A stretch of DNA of 64,000 nt from Ostreococcus lucimarinus (lineage: Eukaryota). The DNA is taken from assembly GCA_000092065.1 (NCBI GenBank), contig CP000581.1; one strand, written 5' to 3'. Each line of letters opens with the position of its first letter. Within the stretch, counting starts at the first letter, position 1. The notes beneath the pieces were generated by a model. The model worked only from the letters and a program-made list of their open reading frames with translations, was not told the origin of the DNA and did not search any database. Positions 35,754 through 45,774 of this stretch are shown piece after piece. The position numbers were made by a program, and so were the translations under genes.

Positions 35754-38700
35754 ATGAAGCGCTCGCGCGACGACGGCCCGGGCGCCGGCGCGGCGATCAA
35801 GCGGTGCGAACGCGACGCGACGCGACGACGATGCGATCGCGCGTCGACGCGTCGGCGCGACGCGCGCGCGCGCGACGCGACGACGACGCGCGACGCGGGA
35901 TTCGCGACGAGATCGGCGCCGAGTTTTCGTGCCGCCTTCGACGGGACGACGGGCGACCGACCGACGACCGAGGGCGTCGCGCGCGACGCGAGGACGACGA
36001 CGACGCGCGCGGCGATGAGTGCGCGATGACTGACGACGCGCGCGCGATCGCGGACGGACGACAGGCCGGGAGCGGGGGGCGCGAGCGGTGAACCTCTGAG
36101 CGAAAAGGCGCGCAAGCAGGAGGCGTTGAGTTACTTGAGGGAGCTCAAGGAGCGATTGCGCGATAAGAGACACACGTACGATGAGTTTTTGGAGATCATG
36201 AAGGAGTTTAAGGCGAATAGGCTGGACACGGAGGGGGTGATCAAGCGCGTGAAGCGAATTTTTCGCGGACACACGGATTTAATCCTCGGATTCAATCAAT
36301 TTCTGCCTCGAGGACACGAGATTACGGTCGCGGACATCGAGCGAGACGACGAGGAGGCGATGGATCACGGCGTCAGAGCGAAGCCGCAAGTCGAATTCGT
36401 GCACGCGATATCGTACGTGAACAAGATCAAGTCGAGATTTTCGAACGACGAGCGCGTGTATAAGAACTTCCTGGAGATTTTGAACATGTACAGGAAGAAC
36501 GTGAAGACGATTTCGCAGGTTTACGAGGAAGTGGCGCAGTTGTTCAAACATCATCACGACCTTTTGGACGAGTTTACGTACTTTTTGCCCGATTCTACGC
36601 AACCGGCGGCTGGTAAGAAGGGACGCGGTGTGCGCGGCGTGCGTGGTAGAAAAGGGTTGCCGCCGGAAACTCCGGAAGAGGCTGAGGCGAGACGCGCGGC
36701 GGCGGCGCTGGCAAAGGAGCTCGCATTTTTCGAAAAAGTAAAGGCGAGACTTCGCAACCGCGACGCATACAACGAGTTCATCAAGATCCTGAACATCTTC
36801 AACATGGGTATCATCACCAAGATGGAGATGTCGACGCTCGCATACGACATTCTCGGCAAGTTCCCCGAGCTTCAGTCTGGATTTAGTGATTTTGTCGCTC
36901 GGTGCGAGGCGCTCGATTTCGACCCATCTATGGCAAAACGACCGCCAGAGAAGCTGTCGCCGAAGGATTTGCAACTCATGAAGGTGGTGGCCGAGCGCGA
37001 GAAATTCGTCTCCAAACCCATTTCGGAGTTGGATCTCTCCATGAGCGAGCGCTGTGGCCCGTCGTACCGATTGTTGCCCAAGAACTTCCCGCCAGCCCCG
37101 TGTACGACGAGGACGCAGCTGTGCAAGGATGTTCTCAACGACAACTGGGTGGCGGTGACTTCGGGTTCGGAGGATTACTCTTTCAAGGCGATGCGTAAGA
37201 ACCAGTACGAGGAGGCGTTGTTCCGCTGTGAAGATGATCGATTCGAGATCGACATGGTTCTCGAAACGACCAAGTCTTGCATCGAAAAGTTGCAAAAGTT
37301 TGAGGAAGAAATCAACGCGATGCCCGAGGAGGCTCGCGGAGCCGCGGTCATGCCCGAAGGATACTTGGGCGCCGTGTGTGAGCGCGCCATCCTGCGCATC
37401 TACGGTGATCGTGGGGATGAAATCGGATACCTGGTCAAGACTGCGCCGCAAGCGACGATCCCAATCGTCTTGAAGCGTTTGCACCAAAAGCAGGAAGAGT
37501 GGGTCGAGCTGAAGAACGAGATGATGCCGATTTGGTCCGACGTGTACACGAAGAATTACGCCAAGTCTCTCGATCATCAATCCTTCTACTTCAAGCAAAT
37601 GGACAAAAAGGCGCTCTCTATGAAGGGTATGGCCCAGGAAGTCAAGGAGTTGAACGACAAGAAGAAGACGTCCGACGAAGTCATCGGCAAGGGGATGCCT
37701 CCGGTGGACGAGTCTCCTGATCTCACTCTTGATTACTCTGACGCCCGGGTGCACGACGACGTGTACGCCGTTATCAAGTTTAGTACCAACGAAATGCTCA
37801 ACTCGGAGCAAGGCGAGCGCGTTTTGACGCTTTATCGAAACTTTGTCGAGTCCTTCTTTAACGTAAACCGAGAAAATCCGGATGATTTCAAGGATTCCTC
37901 CGCCGAGGCGGCGGCGAACTTTGTTCGGGGTACCGAGAAAGAGGACGTCAAGAAACTCAACGAGAATAAGAAGTCCGAATCAGACGAAGAGGAAGAAGAC
38001 GAGGACGATAAAATGCGAGTTTCGAGTGCGCGGAAAGCACCGAAAGTTGAGCCAAAAGAGGAAGCAGAGGAACAAGAGGATGACGAAGACGACGAAGAGG
38101 AAAAAGAGTTTGCACTCTGCAAACCCGTCAGTGGGATCGTCGATGCCGCCGAAGCGTCGGCCGCAGTTGCGCTTAAGAACATGAAGAGGACTGTGTTCTA
38201 CGCCAACGATCAGATTTACCACATGTTCCGTCTTCATTCGCATTTGTTTGAGCGCATGTCGACTGCGCGAGAGAGCGCTGCGGCCATGGCCAAGGCAAGC
38301 AAGCCCGCGCGCAAGCAAGCTGATGTCCACACCGAGTTCCTTCGACTACTCTTCCACTTGTTGAACGGCACAACGGAGTCTGGTAAATTCGAGGACGACT
38401 GTCGCACGCTGTTGGGAGCGAAATCGTACCTCCTGTTCACCTTAGACAAGCTCATCTATAAAGTCATCAAACAAGTGCAACTTGTTATTCAGGAGGAGCC
38501 GAGCAGTAAACTTTTGCACCTCCACGACTATGAATTGGCTCGTGAAGCGTCGTTCAACGAAGGTATCTACCGCGCAAATGCGTGTGTTCTACTGCAAGAC
38601 GAAGCATGCTATCGCTTAGCGTCATCCGAAGATGGCAAGACAATGTTTGTTAGACTCGTAGAAGTGGGACCGGAACGGCCCGACTTGCCGATGGGAACGA

Positions 38701-39116
38701 TGGACGCGCGCTTTGCGACGCATTTACAGACCTTCTTGACCACTCCGGCCACCGATGATATTCCAGAGTCTGCGGAGCTTGATGATGACGACGATGAACA
38801 CACCGCCGTATTCCTGAGCCGATCGAAGGAGAAGGCTGGCTTTAGCGACTTGGACGCGGCGATGGAAAATGCCATCGTGACGAATTCATTAGAATGCAAA
38901 GTCAGCTGTAGCACGAGCAAGGTGTCGTATGTACTTGACACCGAAGATGTATTACGCCGTGCGAAGAAGAAGGCGAAGACGAACGGCAAAGCTTCGGCGA
39001 AGCGCAAATCATTGCTCGAAAAGAATGAAAAGGCTCGCCTCGCGAAATTCCACGCGTGGGTGGAAGAAAAGGCCAAAGAGGCTGAAGATGCGATGGATAC
39101 CGACGAAAAAGTTTAA
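35754..39116 (+). CDS. SIN3: Sin3-family transcriptional co-repressor (PAH1-3, HDAC-interaction domain, Sin3 C-terminal domain), 2 exons
   Basis: Three PAH repeats (e.g. …YDEFLEIMKEFKANRLDTEGVIKRVKRIFRGHTDLILGFNQFLP…) and a HID (…ELDLSMSERCGPSYRLLPKNFP…). Proposed exon 1 35754..35803 (MKRSRDDGPGAGAAIKR). GTGCGA donor; ACTGAC box (A at 36033); acceptor CAG ends at 36064. Exon 2 36065..39116. The 5' exon model is ~0.5. Confidence 0.85.
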
Positions 39117-39205
39117 GCACGCGCAGCGGCAACACCAGCCGTACGATTTGGAATTCGACTCTTAGTTCTCTTGTTAACACAGAAAGTACAACAACAAACG
39201 TTCGT

Positions 39206-40339
39206 CTACTTTATCGTCTTCGTAAAACTTGGCGCGCAGAACCGACGCGACATCCCTTCATGCCTCAGAGCTTCTAAATCTTCCTCGCTTTTCTCCAACT
39301 TTTGGATCAAAATCTCATTTTGCCATTTTGAACTCTTCAATTGGCTCTGTATGTCGTGTAGGGCTTTCTCGCTATACTGGAGGTGTTTGCATTTGCGCTC
39401 GGAATGAAGAAGTTTTTTTCTATATTCCTCGCATTTGTGTTCGGCTTGCGTCAGCGGGACCACAAGCGCTGCGTTTTTCTTACGAATCTCGTTTAACTCT
39501 AGGGCTTGCTTGTGTAATCTCTCTTCTTTCGCATTCAGACGTTGGTCAAGTCGATTAATCTCAACGACGTGCGTGTCTGTCAGCGAGTTGAAGTACTCTT
39601 TGAGTTCGTCGTACGCCTTTGTGTGCGTTTCGACGAGCTCATCAATGTAGGTTGAATATCTCGCCTCAGTGTCAGCGAGCTGCTTTTCGACGCGACACTT
39701 GAAGGAATTCATGGCGTCAAACGATTCTCGCTCGACTTTGTTCACGTGCTCCGAGGCACTCTGCTCAAACTGCTTTCGCGCTGCGCCTAAATTCGCATCG
39801 TGCTCTAATTTTAGTCTTCGGCGACGATCTTCGTGCTCGCGACGAATCTCGCGAATTTTCGCCTCCATCGCCGCAAGTTCTTGAGATTTGATTTGCAGTC
39901 GATCTCGACAGTCCTCCCGCAGTTGTGCTTCTGCCTGGTCGTACTGTGCGCGAACCTTTGATTCCGCCTCCAAACGCTCGTGTTTGACTTGCTTGAGCTT
40001 ATGAGTCTGTAGACGCAGCTCCATCTCGTGCTGTTCGCCGGCCACCTCCAGCTCGCGCTGAGCATCACGTAAGTCGACTTTAGTAGACTCGAGCTCTGCT
40101 TTGGTGATTTCCCAAAATGAATCGATCTTGTCGCGCTCGAGCTGCATATAGTTTCTGTGCTCGTTGGCCTTGACCGCTTCGCGCTCCACAGCTTGGATCT
40201 TCGCTAAGAGTTCTGCGCGAGTCTCTTGAATCGGACCCTCGCCCGACAGACCATCCGCTGCATCGGCTTTCGGTCTCGCCTTCTTATCCGTCTTACTGCC
40301 TGTCTTCTTCTTTGGCGGCGTAACCTGTTCCTTCGGCAT
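39206..40339 (-). CDS. DRC4: GAS8/DRC4-like nexin-dynein regulatory complex subunit (axonemal)
   Basis: Start ATG 40339 is residue 38 of ORF 39206..40450. MPKEQVTPPKKK…NEHRNYMQLERDKIDSFWEITKAELE… matches the conserved GAS8/PF2 N-terminal block. The rest is coiled-coil. The ORF ends about 100 aa short of the GAS8 C-terminus. Confidence 0.7.
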   Translation of the reverse strand: MPKEQVTPPKKKTGSKTDKKARPKADAADGLSGEGPIQETRAELLAKIQAVEREAVKANEHRNYMQLERDKIDSFWEITKAELESTKVDLRDAQRELEVAGEQHEMELRLQTHKLKQVKHERLEAESKVRAQYDQAEAQLREDCRDRLQIKSQELAAMEAKIREIRREHEDRRRRLKLEHDANLGAARKQFEQSASEHVNKVERESFDAMNSFKCRVEKQLADTEARYSTYIDELVETHTKAYDELKEYFNSLTDTHVVEINRLDQRLNAKEERLHKQALELNEIRKKNAALVVPLTQAEHKCEEYRKKLLHSERKCKHLQYSEKALHDIQSQLKSSKWQNEILIQKLEKSEEDLEALRHEGMSRRFCAPSFTKTIK

Positions 40340-40477
40340 ATTGCTCGCAAGTCGCGAAGTGCAGTACGTTTGATGCAAAAAATAGATTACAATCCTGCGA
40401 GTTCCTTCCACACTGCGCGCACGTGGAGTGATTGAATTTTGAATGTTCACGAACGTGAGCGCGCCAACCGGCTGATT

Positions 40478-41530
40478 TTACGAAGACTTCTCTTGAACGT
40501 CGAGCAAATCAATCAACAGCTCGAACGTCGCGCCCGGAGGAATTTCACCTTCCCCGACGTCCTCGAAACCGACATCCGGAGGGACGATTATTTTGCGTCG
40601 ACCACCCACCTGCATTCCCGCGAGTGCCTCCGGTACGTAAATAATCGGCGGCGGTTTGGGGCCACTGCCGCCGGTAAAGAGTCCTCCGCCACCGTCGACT
40701 TGAATTTCACGCTTCGGCGTCGCTACAGCGGTAACCTCTCGCGTCAACTTGAAGGTTTCGATCGGGGCGTCCGGACCGTTGCGCGAGCCGCCTTTCTTCA
40801 CCTTCAACTCGAGCTCGGTCCCGACGTCGCCGACGAGCAACGCTCCGATATCTTGAATCGGCTTGTCCACGAGGTCGCCGACGCCGTCGATTGAGATTAT
40901 GACGTCGTTCGGTTTGATTCCCGCGCGATCCGCTGGACCGTTGAACACGCACTTCACCACATAAAGCTCTCTCAAATCGGGATCGATCCTCACCTCGATC
41001 CCGACGCCGATGATGTTCTTTCTCTTCGCCGCCTTTGTGAACTCGTTCGGCAGCGTCCCGTACTTGAACTGAAACGGCTCGCTAATCGTGCGATTCCCCC
41101 CCAGCGTGCGCGCCTCGCGCGTGGACGACACCGTCAAACCTCTGTATTTACACTCAAAGTGCAGCGTCGTCAGCGCGCCCGCTTCGACGGGTTTTCCCTT
41201 CCCTTCGACGACGTCGACGTACTTCACCCCGTCCCTCGCCTCGCCTCGAAACTCAAATCCCGCCGTCTTCGAGTACGCGTCCTCGCTCACCGGCCCGCGT
41301 TTCTTCAGTTCCTTCTGAAATCCGATCGCGCGCGCGTCGTCCGCGCGCGTCAGCGCGCCGAGCGCGATGGCCGCGAGGACGGCGTCGCGCCTGCCGAGAG
41401 CGACGTCATCGGACGACGTCGCGCACGATTTCACGCCGACGCGGGCGCGACGCGACGCGCGAGACGCGGGACGCGAGGTGACGACGCGCGTCGCGCGCGC
41501 GGCGTTCGCGTGAGTGACGGCGTGCGACAT
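40478..41530 (-). CDS. FKBP-type peptidyl-prolyl isomerase with internal PDZ-like insertion, predicted thylakoid-lumen (twin-arginine) targeting
   Basis: Start ATG 41530 is residue 146 of ORF 40478..41965. N-terminus has an RR motif + hydrophobic stretch + AxA (…LGRRDAVLAAIALGALTRADDARA). The FKBP fold is split: the N-half (GVKYVDVVEGKGKPVEAGALTTLHFECK…PFQFKYG) and C-half (…ALAGMQVGGRRKIIVPPDVGF…GEIPPGATFELLIDLLDV) flank a ~125-aa insert. The insert carries a PDZ-like fold (IIGVGIEV…VFNGPADRAGIKPNDVIISIDGV). Confidence 0.8.
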   Translation of the reverse strand: MSHAVTHANAARATRVVTSRPASRASRRARVGVKSCATSSDDVALGRRDAVLAAIALGALTRADDARAIGFQKELKKRGPVSEDAYSKTAGFEFRGEARDGVKYVDVVEGKGKPVEAGALTTLHFECKYRGLTVSSTREARTLGGNRTISEPFQFKYGTLPNEFTKAAKRKNIIGVGIEVRIDPDLRELYVVKCVFNGPADRAGIKPNDVIISIDGVGDLVDKPIQDIGALLVGDVGTELELKVKKGGSRNGPDAPIETFKLTREVTAVATPKREIQVDGGGGLFTGGSGPKPPPIIYVPEALAGMQVGGRRKIIVPPDVGFEDVGEGEIPPGATFELLIDLLDVQEKSS

Positions 41531-41607
41531 CGAGACGAGTCGAGCGTGATTGTGCGGCGCGAGGTTACAACAACCGGCGTCGGGCGTCGACGGCGGGCGA
41601 GGTCGAA

Positions 41608-42635
41608 CTAAAATACATCTCTCGGGTCCACGTCTAAAGTTCTCTTGAGCAAAACGACGACGCATAAAGCCACGAGCGCGGTGGACGCCGAACCGAGCAT
41701 GACGAACGTCTTTCTCGGACCCGCCCCGACGTCTTCTAGATTTTTGCGCCCGTCGTCCGGCGGCTTGGAAAATTTCTTTCCAGAGGTAAACAAGGGAGCG
41801 AGCCCGGCGTAGCCCATCGCCGCGCCGGCCAGAAAGCCCCATAGGTGTCCCACGGAGTTCACGACGTGCGTGCCATCCTCTGTGGGGACACTCGCGAGGT
41901 ATTGAAAACCAACCGAGAAGAACCCGCAATAGAGCAATCGCACGGTGAAGCCGCGAAGGTTCCACTCGTTCTCGACGTTCAGCGCCGAGTAAAGTAACAA
42001 CGCACCGAAAACACCCATCAGACCGTCACTTGAGGTTACGTGCAAAGTCGTCGGGTCGAACGCCATCGAGCCGATGCCCCCCATCGCCGCGCTCAACGCG
42101 TACACCGCCAGAAACGGCCTGGTGCCGAGCAAGGCTTCGGCTTCGGCTCCAATCGTCACCAACCCGACGTTGACGAGCGCGAAATGCAACAACCCAAAGT
42201 CCACGAAACACGCCGTGAATGTTCGCATCCACTGACTCCCGTACACCACGGCGTTATCGAACAACGCCAAACGAATGAACAAATCTCCGCCGTTGGACGT
42301 CCCGCTCCGCAGCAGCGCCAAATCCGTCGCGAACGCCGCGCAGTGCGCGAACGCGATGAAGTACGCCACTGTCGGTTCGACCGTCGGCACGTTATACATC
42401 GTCGACAACGGGCTCCAATACGGTTTCCACGACGCGTCCGTGACGCCCTCGGGCGTCGCTCGCCGTCTCGACGCCTCCGCCGCGTTCGCGTCCCGCGCCT
42501 TCGCCTTCGCCTTCGCCTTCGCCTTCGCCTTCGCCTTCGCCTCGGTCGCCTCGCGCGCCTCGGTCGCCGTCGTCGACGCGTCGTCGCCGTTCCTATCGCC
42601 CGCGCGATCGACGAGCACGGACGCCAGCGCGTCGA

Positions 42636-42679
<44 letters not shown>

Positions 42680-42864
42680 TTTGCGTCGTCGTCGACTGCT
42701 CCCTCATCCAGATGCGTCGAAACGGTCTCCCCGACGCCCTCGCTCGCGTCCGCGTCCGCGCCCGCGCGCGTCGTCGCGCGCGCGACGCGCCCACCGCGTC
42801 GCGCGCGCGCGTCGACGCGTCGCGTCTGCGCGCAGACGCGCGCGCGAAGCGACCGCGACGTCAT
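41608..42864 (-). CDS. Rhomboid-family intramembrane protein with low-complexity N-terminal region
   Basis: Start ATG 42864 is residue 88 of ORF 41608..43125. Six+ TM helices with the rhomboid His motif (GHLWGFLAGAAMGY). The GxSG box is degenerate (TSSDG). N-terminal region contains Thr14 and (AK)7 runs encoded by (CGT)14 and (GCCTTC)n microsatellites. Confidence 0.7.
42499..42540. repeat. (GCCTTC)7 hexanucleotide repeat (encodes (AK)7 on minus strand)
   Basis: gccttcgccttc… run within the rhomboid N-terminal region. Coordinates ±6. Confidence 0.7.
42637..42678. repeat. (CGT)14 trinucleotide microsatellite (encodes Thr14 in the minus-strand rhomboid gene)
   Basis: Perfect triplet run. Coordinates computed from residues T150-T163 of ORF 41608..43125. 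Confidence 0.8.
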
Positions 42865-43048
42865 CAGAGCGCGACGCGCAGTGACGCCGACCGACGCGAT
42901 GTCGCGCGACGCCGACGCCGACGCCGACGCCGACGGCGACGCGACGCGCGATAAGCGCGCGCGCGAGGACGTCGCGGACGCGGGCGCGGACGACGCGAAG
43001 CGCGCGCGCGCGGACGCGAGCGCGGGCGGCGCCGCCGCGGATGAAAAC

Positions 43049-43051
<3 letters not shown>

Positions 43052-43090
<39 letters not shown>
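43052..43090. repeat. (ACG)13 trinucleotide microsatellite in the rhomboid/TRM2 shared upstream region
   Basis: acgacgacg… run between the rhomboid ATG (42864, -) and TRM2 ATG (43130, +). Read as T-run in the spurious upstream part of the TRM2 ORF. Confidence 0.75.
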
Positions 43091-43091
<1 letters not shown>

Positions 43092-43129
43092 GCGCGGTCG
43101 CGCTCGCGGGCGCGAGCGGCGGCACGGCG

Positions 43130-45091
43130 ATGGTTCAGGGCGTCCCCGAACAGTGGGACGACGGCGCGTTCGCGGCGTGGTTGACCGAGCTCGGGTGCCG
43201 GCGCGTGAGCAGCAAGAAGCGGCGGCGGTGGACGTACGGCTTCGTGACGTTCGGCGAGGTCGGCGATCGAATCGAGGCGACGACGGCGATGGAGAGGGTC
43301 GAGTTTCGTGGGCGGTGCGTGCGCGTGAAGCAGGCGAAGGCGAAGGGGAAGACGGGAGTGGCGTCGACGGACGGGTCGACGGACGCGTCGGCGCTCATCG
43401 AACGCGCGAACGCGAACGCGAGACGGGACATACGCGACGTCATCACGCCGCTGTGGAACGTGAGTTACGGCGAACAGTTGGCTAGGAAGAAAGAGATCGT
43501 CGCGGAAGCGATGCGGAACATCACGAGAGGGGTGCGGAACGCGAGTAATAAGGCGAGGAAGAGCGGGCGTCGCGCCGACGTGGGGTGGATGCGCGCGGCG
43601 TTGGGAAACGATAAACTTTGTTGCGAGCTGGGAGGCATCGTGCGGTCGCCGGTGCTGGATGGGTATAGAAACAAGAGTGAATTTACCATAGGGCCGAGCG
43701 CGAACGGCGAGATCACGTGCGGTTTTAACGTCGGGTCGTTTCGCGACGGCGTCACCGCCGTGGCGCCGCCCACGGGATGCCGAAACATCAGCGATACGGC
43801 GAAGTATCTGGGCGACGCCACGCAAACGTACCTTCGCGCGCGGGCCGCGGACGGTAAAGGGCTGCCCGTGTACGATAAGCGAAAGGCGACAGGGTTTTGG
43901 AGACTATTCTTGTGTCGCGAAGCCGGCACCGCGCCGGCGAGCGAACACGGTTGGAAGCACTGGTTGCGAACGGGCGCCGGTCCTCCGAAACCGTCTGCGG
44001 GCACGGACGGGGAAATTAAAGACCCCGACGCGACGGATCGGGTAGCGTTCACGTACCCTGACGAGGAGTTCTCGTTACCCTCGCCATCGGGCGAACATAG
44101 CGATAAGCACGAAGTTTTAGTCATGTTTCAAGTGTGCACGCGAGGCTACACCGACGAGCAAGTGAAAGAGGAATGCGATGGCGTTCTCGCCGCGGTCGAA
44201 GAAGCCGTCGCGAAGAGCGCGAAGCCAATCAATTTAAAGACGTGTCTGGTGCAGTTCTGGGACGGTGTATCGAACGTCGCGCCGGACGACGCGGAGATTA
44301 AAAATTTGAGGACGAACGCGCCGAGCGAGAAGTCCGCAGACATCATTCACGAACACATGTGCGGTCTCCAGTTTTCGCTTTCCGCGACGGCGTTTTTCCA
44401 AGTCAACACGGTCGCCGCCGAAGCTTTGTATCGACTCGCCGGTGAGTGGGCGAGTCCTGGTGGGCAAAGCTTGCTGTTGGACGTGTGCTGCGGCACGGGG
44501 ACGATCGGTTTGACGCTCGCGCGCGCCGTCAAAAAAGTTGTCGGTGTCGACATCGTGGAAGAATCCATCAGAGATGCGTTCACGAATGCGAAACTCAACG
44601 GAGTCGATAATACCGACTGGCTCGCGGGCAAGGCGGAGCACGTTCTTCCGAAAGTGTTGAACGACTACAAGACGTTGATCAGGCCCGATGGCCGCGCTCC
44701 AAAACCGTTCACCGCCGTATCTGTGCTCGACGACCCGGACTTGAGCGCGGATGAAGAAACAGAAGCGATCGTCGAAGCGAAAGAAACCACCAACGCGGAG
44801 CTCGTGGGCGCGAATCACGAGTTCGATGACGTCGTCGCAATCGTTGATCCCCCGCGTGCGGGGTTGCATAGACACGTATTGTCGGCGTTGCGGCGAGAAA
44901 ACCGTTTGAAACGTCTCGTGTACGTCTCGTGCAACGCGAACACGATGGCGACTAACGTTATTGATCTATGCGTGCCGCAAGGCGCCGATGGTAACGGCGG
45001 CGGCGTCCCATTCACGCCCGTGAAGGCGCTCGCTCTCGATTTATTTCCGCACACCGCACACGTCGAGGCCGTCCTCTTGCTCGAGCGATGA
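43130..45091 (+). CDS. TRM2: tRNA (uracil54-C5)-methyltransferase TRM2/TRMT2A-like (N-terminal RRM + TrmA-family SAM MTase)
   Basis: Start ATG 43130 is residue 286 of ORF 42275..45091. RRM-like N-terminus (…YGFVTFGEVGDRIEATTAME…); SAM-binding LLLDVCCGTGTIGLTLA; C-terminal catalytic block (…VYVSCNANTMATN…DLFPHTAHVEAVLLLER). Confidence 0.85.
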   Translation: MVQGVPEQWDDGAFAAWLTELGCRRVSSKKRRRWTYGFVTFGEVGDRIEATTAMERVEFRGRCVRVKQAKAKGKTGVASTDGSTDASALIERANANARRDIRDVITPLWNVSYGEQLARKKEIVAEAMRNITRGVRNASNKARKSGRRADVGWMRAALGNDKLCCELGGIVRSPVLDGYRNKSEFTIGPSANGEITCGFNVGSFRDGVTAVAPPTGCRNISDTAKYLGDATQTYLRARAADGKGLPVYDKRKATGFWRLFLCREAGTAPASEHGWKHWLRTGAGPPKPSAGTDGEIKDPDATDRVAFTYPDEEFSLPSPSGEHSDKHEVLVMFQVCTRGYTDEQVKEECDGVLAAVEEAVAKSAKPINLKTCLVQFWDGVSNVAPDDAEIKNLRTNAPSEKSADIIHEHMCGLQFSLSATAFFQVNTVAAEALYRLAGEWASPGGQSLLLDVCCGTGTIGLTLARAVKKVVGVDIVEESIRDAFTNAKLNGVDNTDWLAGKAEHVLPKVLNDYKTLIRPDGRAPKPFTAVSVLDDPDLSADEETEAIVEAKETTNAELVGANHEFDDVVAIVDPPRAGLHRHVLSALRRENRLKRLVYVSCNANTMATNVIDLCVPQGADGNGGGVPFTPVKALALDLFPHTAHVEAVLLLER

Positions 45092-45163
45092 ACATCGTCG
45101 AAACGACGGCGATGACGCCACGACACTAACACTTAGTATTAGAACTAATTTCACTCTAATCAT

Positions 45164-45697
45164 CTAATCCACCACTCGACGAAAGAACCGATCGACCACG
45201 ACGTCCGGCTCGCCGTTCGGTCGCTTGAGCACGTTTCGCTCTCGCAGCATCCCGCTCCCGCTCGGATCCATCCCGCGAATCTGCTCCGTCGCCCACCCCT
45301 CGCCGCGCTCGAACAATCGACACACGATCACCAGCGCGCCCTCTCGCGCGTCTCCCGACAGATAAAACCGCTTCCGCCCTCCCCGCGTCGTTCGCAGCGT
45401 CTCCGCGCCGTCGAATCGCGCGCGCGTCTCGTTCCTCGAGCTCAGCGCCGTCGCGTCCACGATCGCGAATCCGCGTCCGTCGTCGTCGCACTTCACCGTC
45501 ACCGTCGTCGGCAGGTTATCCGCGATCGGCGTCGCGATTCGCGGCGCGCCGAGCGCGCGCAGGAACGGGCCGAGCGATTCGCTTCGCGCGACGTCGAGCT
45601 TCCACGCGCCCTCGAGCGTCGCGTCGCACCGCTTCGCGTCGAGCGCGCGCGCGAGCGCGCCGAGCGTCGTTCGCACCGCGTCTTCGTACGCGCTCAT
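45164..45697 (-). CDS. Hypothetical protein
   Basis: Start ATG 45697 is residue 21 of ORF 45164..45757. Non-repetitive composition but no family recognised. Confidence 0.4.
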   Translation of the reverse strand: MSAYEDAVRTTLGALARALDAKRCDATLEGAWKLDVARSESLGPFLRALGAPRIATPIADNLPTTVTVKCDDDGRGFAIVDATALSSRNETRARFDGAETLRTTRGGRKRFYLSGDAREGALVIVCRLFERGEGWATEQIRGMDPSGSGMLRERNVLKRPNGEPDVVVDRFFRRVVD

Positions 45698-45774
45698 GGC
45701 GCGCGTCGCGCTCCGCGGCGCCGTGAGCGCCGTCGCGCCGTCGCGCCGTCGCGACACCGCGACGCGCGACGACC

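Noticed and set aside
36019-36072. GTGCGC at 36019 as the Sin3 first-intron donor
   Set aside because: It would give a 54-nt intron with the branch box 8 nt from the donor. The upstream GTGCGA donor at 35804 with the same branch box and the CAG ending at 36064 is phase-consistent and of normal length.
42275-43129. 5' portion of the 938-aa ORF 42275..45091 (reads FAFAFAFAFA, V17, T13)
   Set aside because: Translation of microsatellites antisense to the rhomboid gene. The TRM2 homology begins only at the ATG at 43130.
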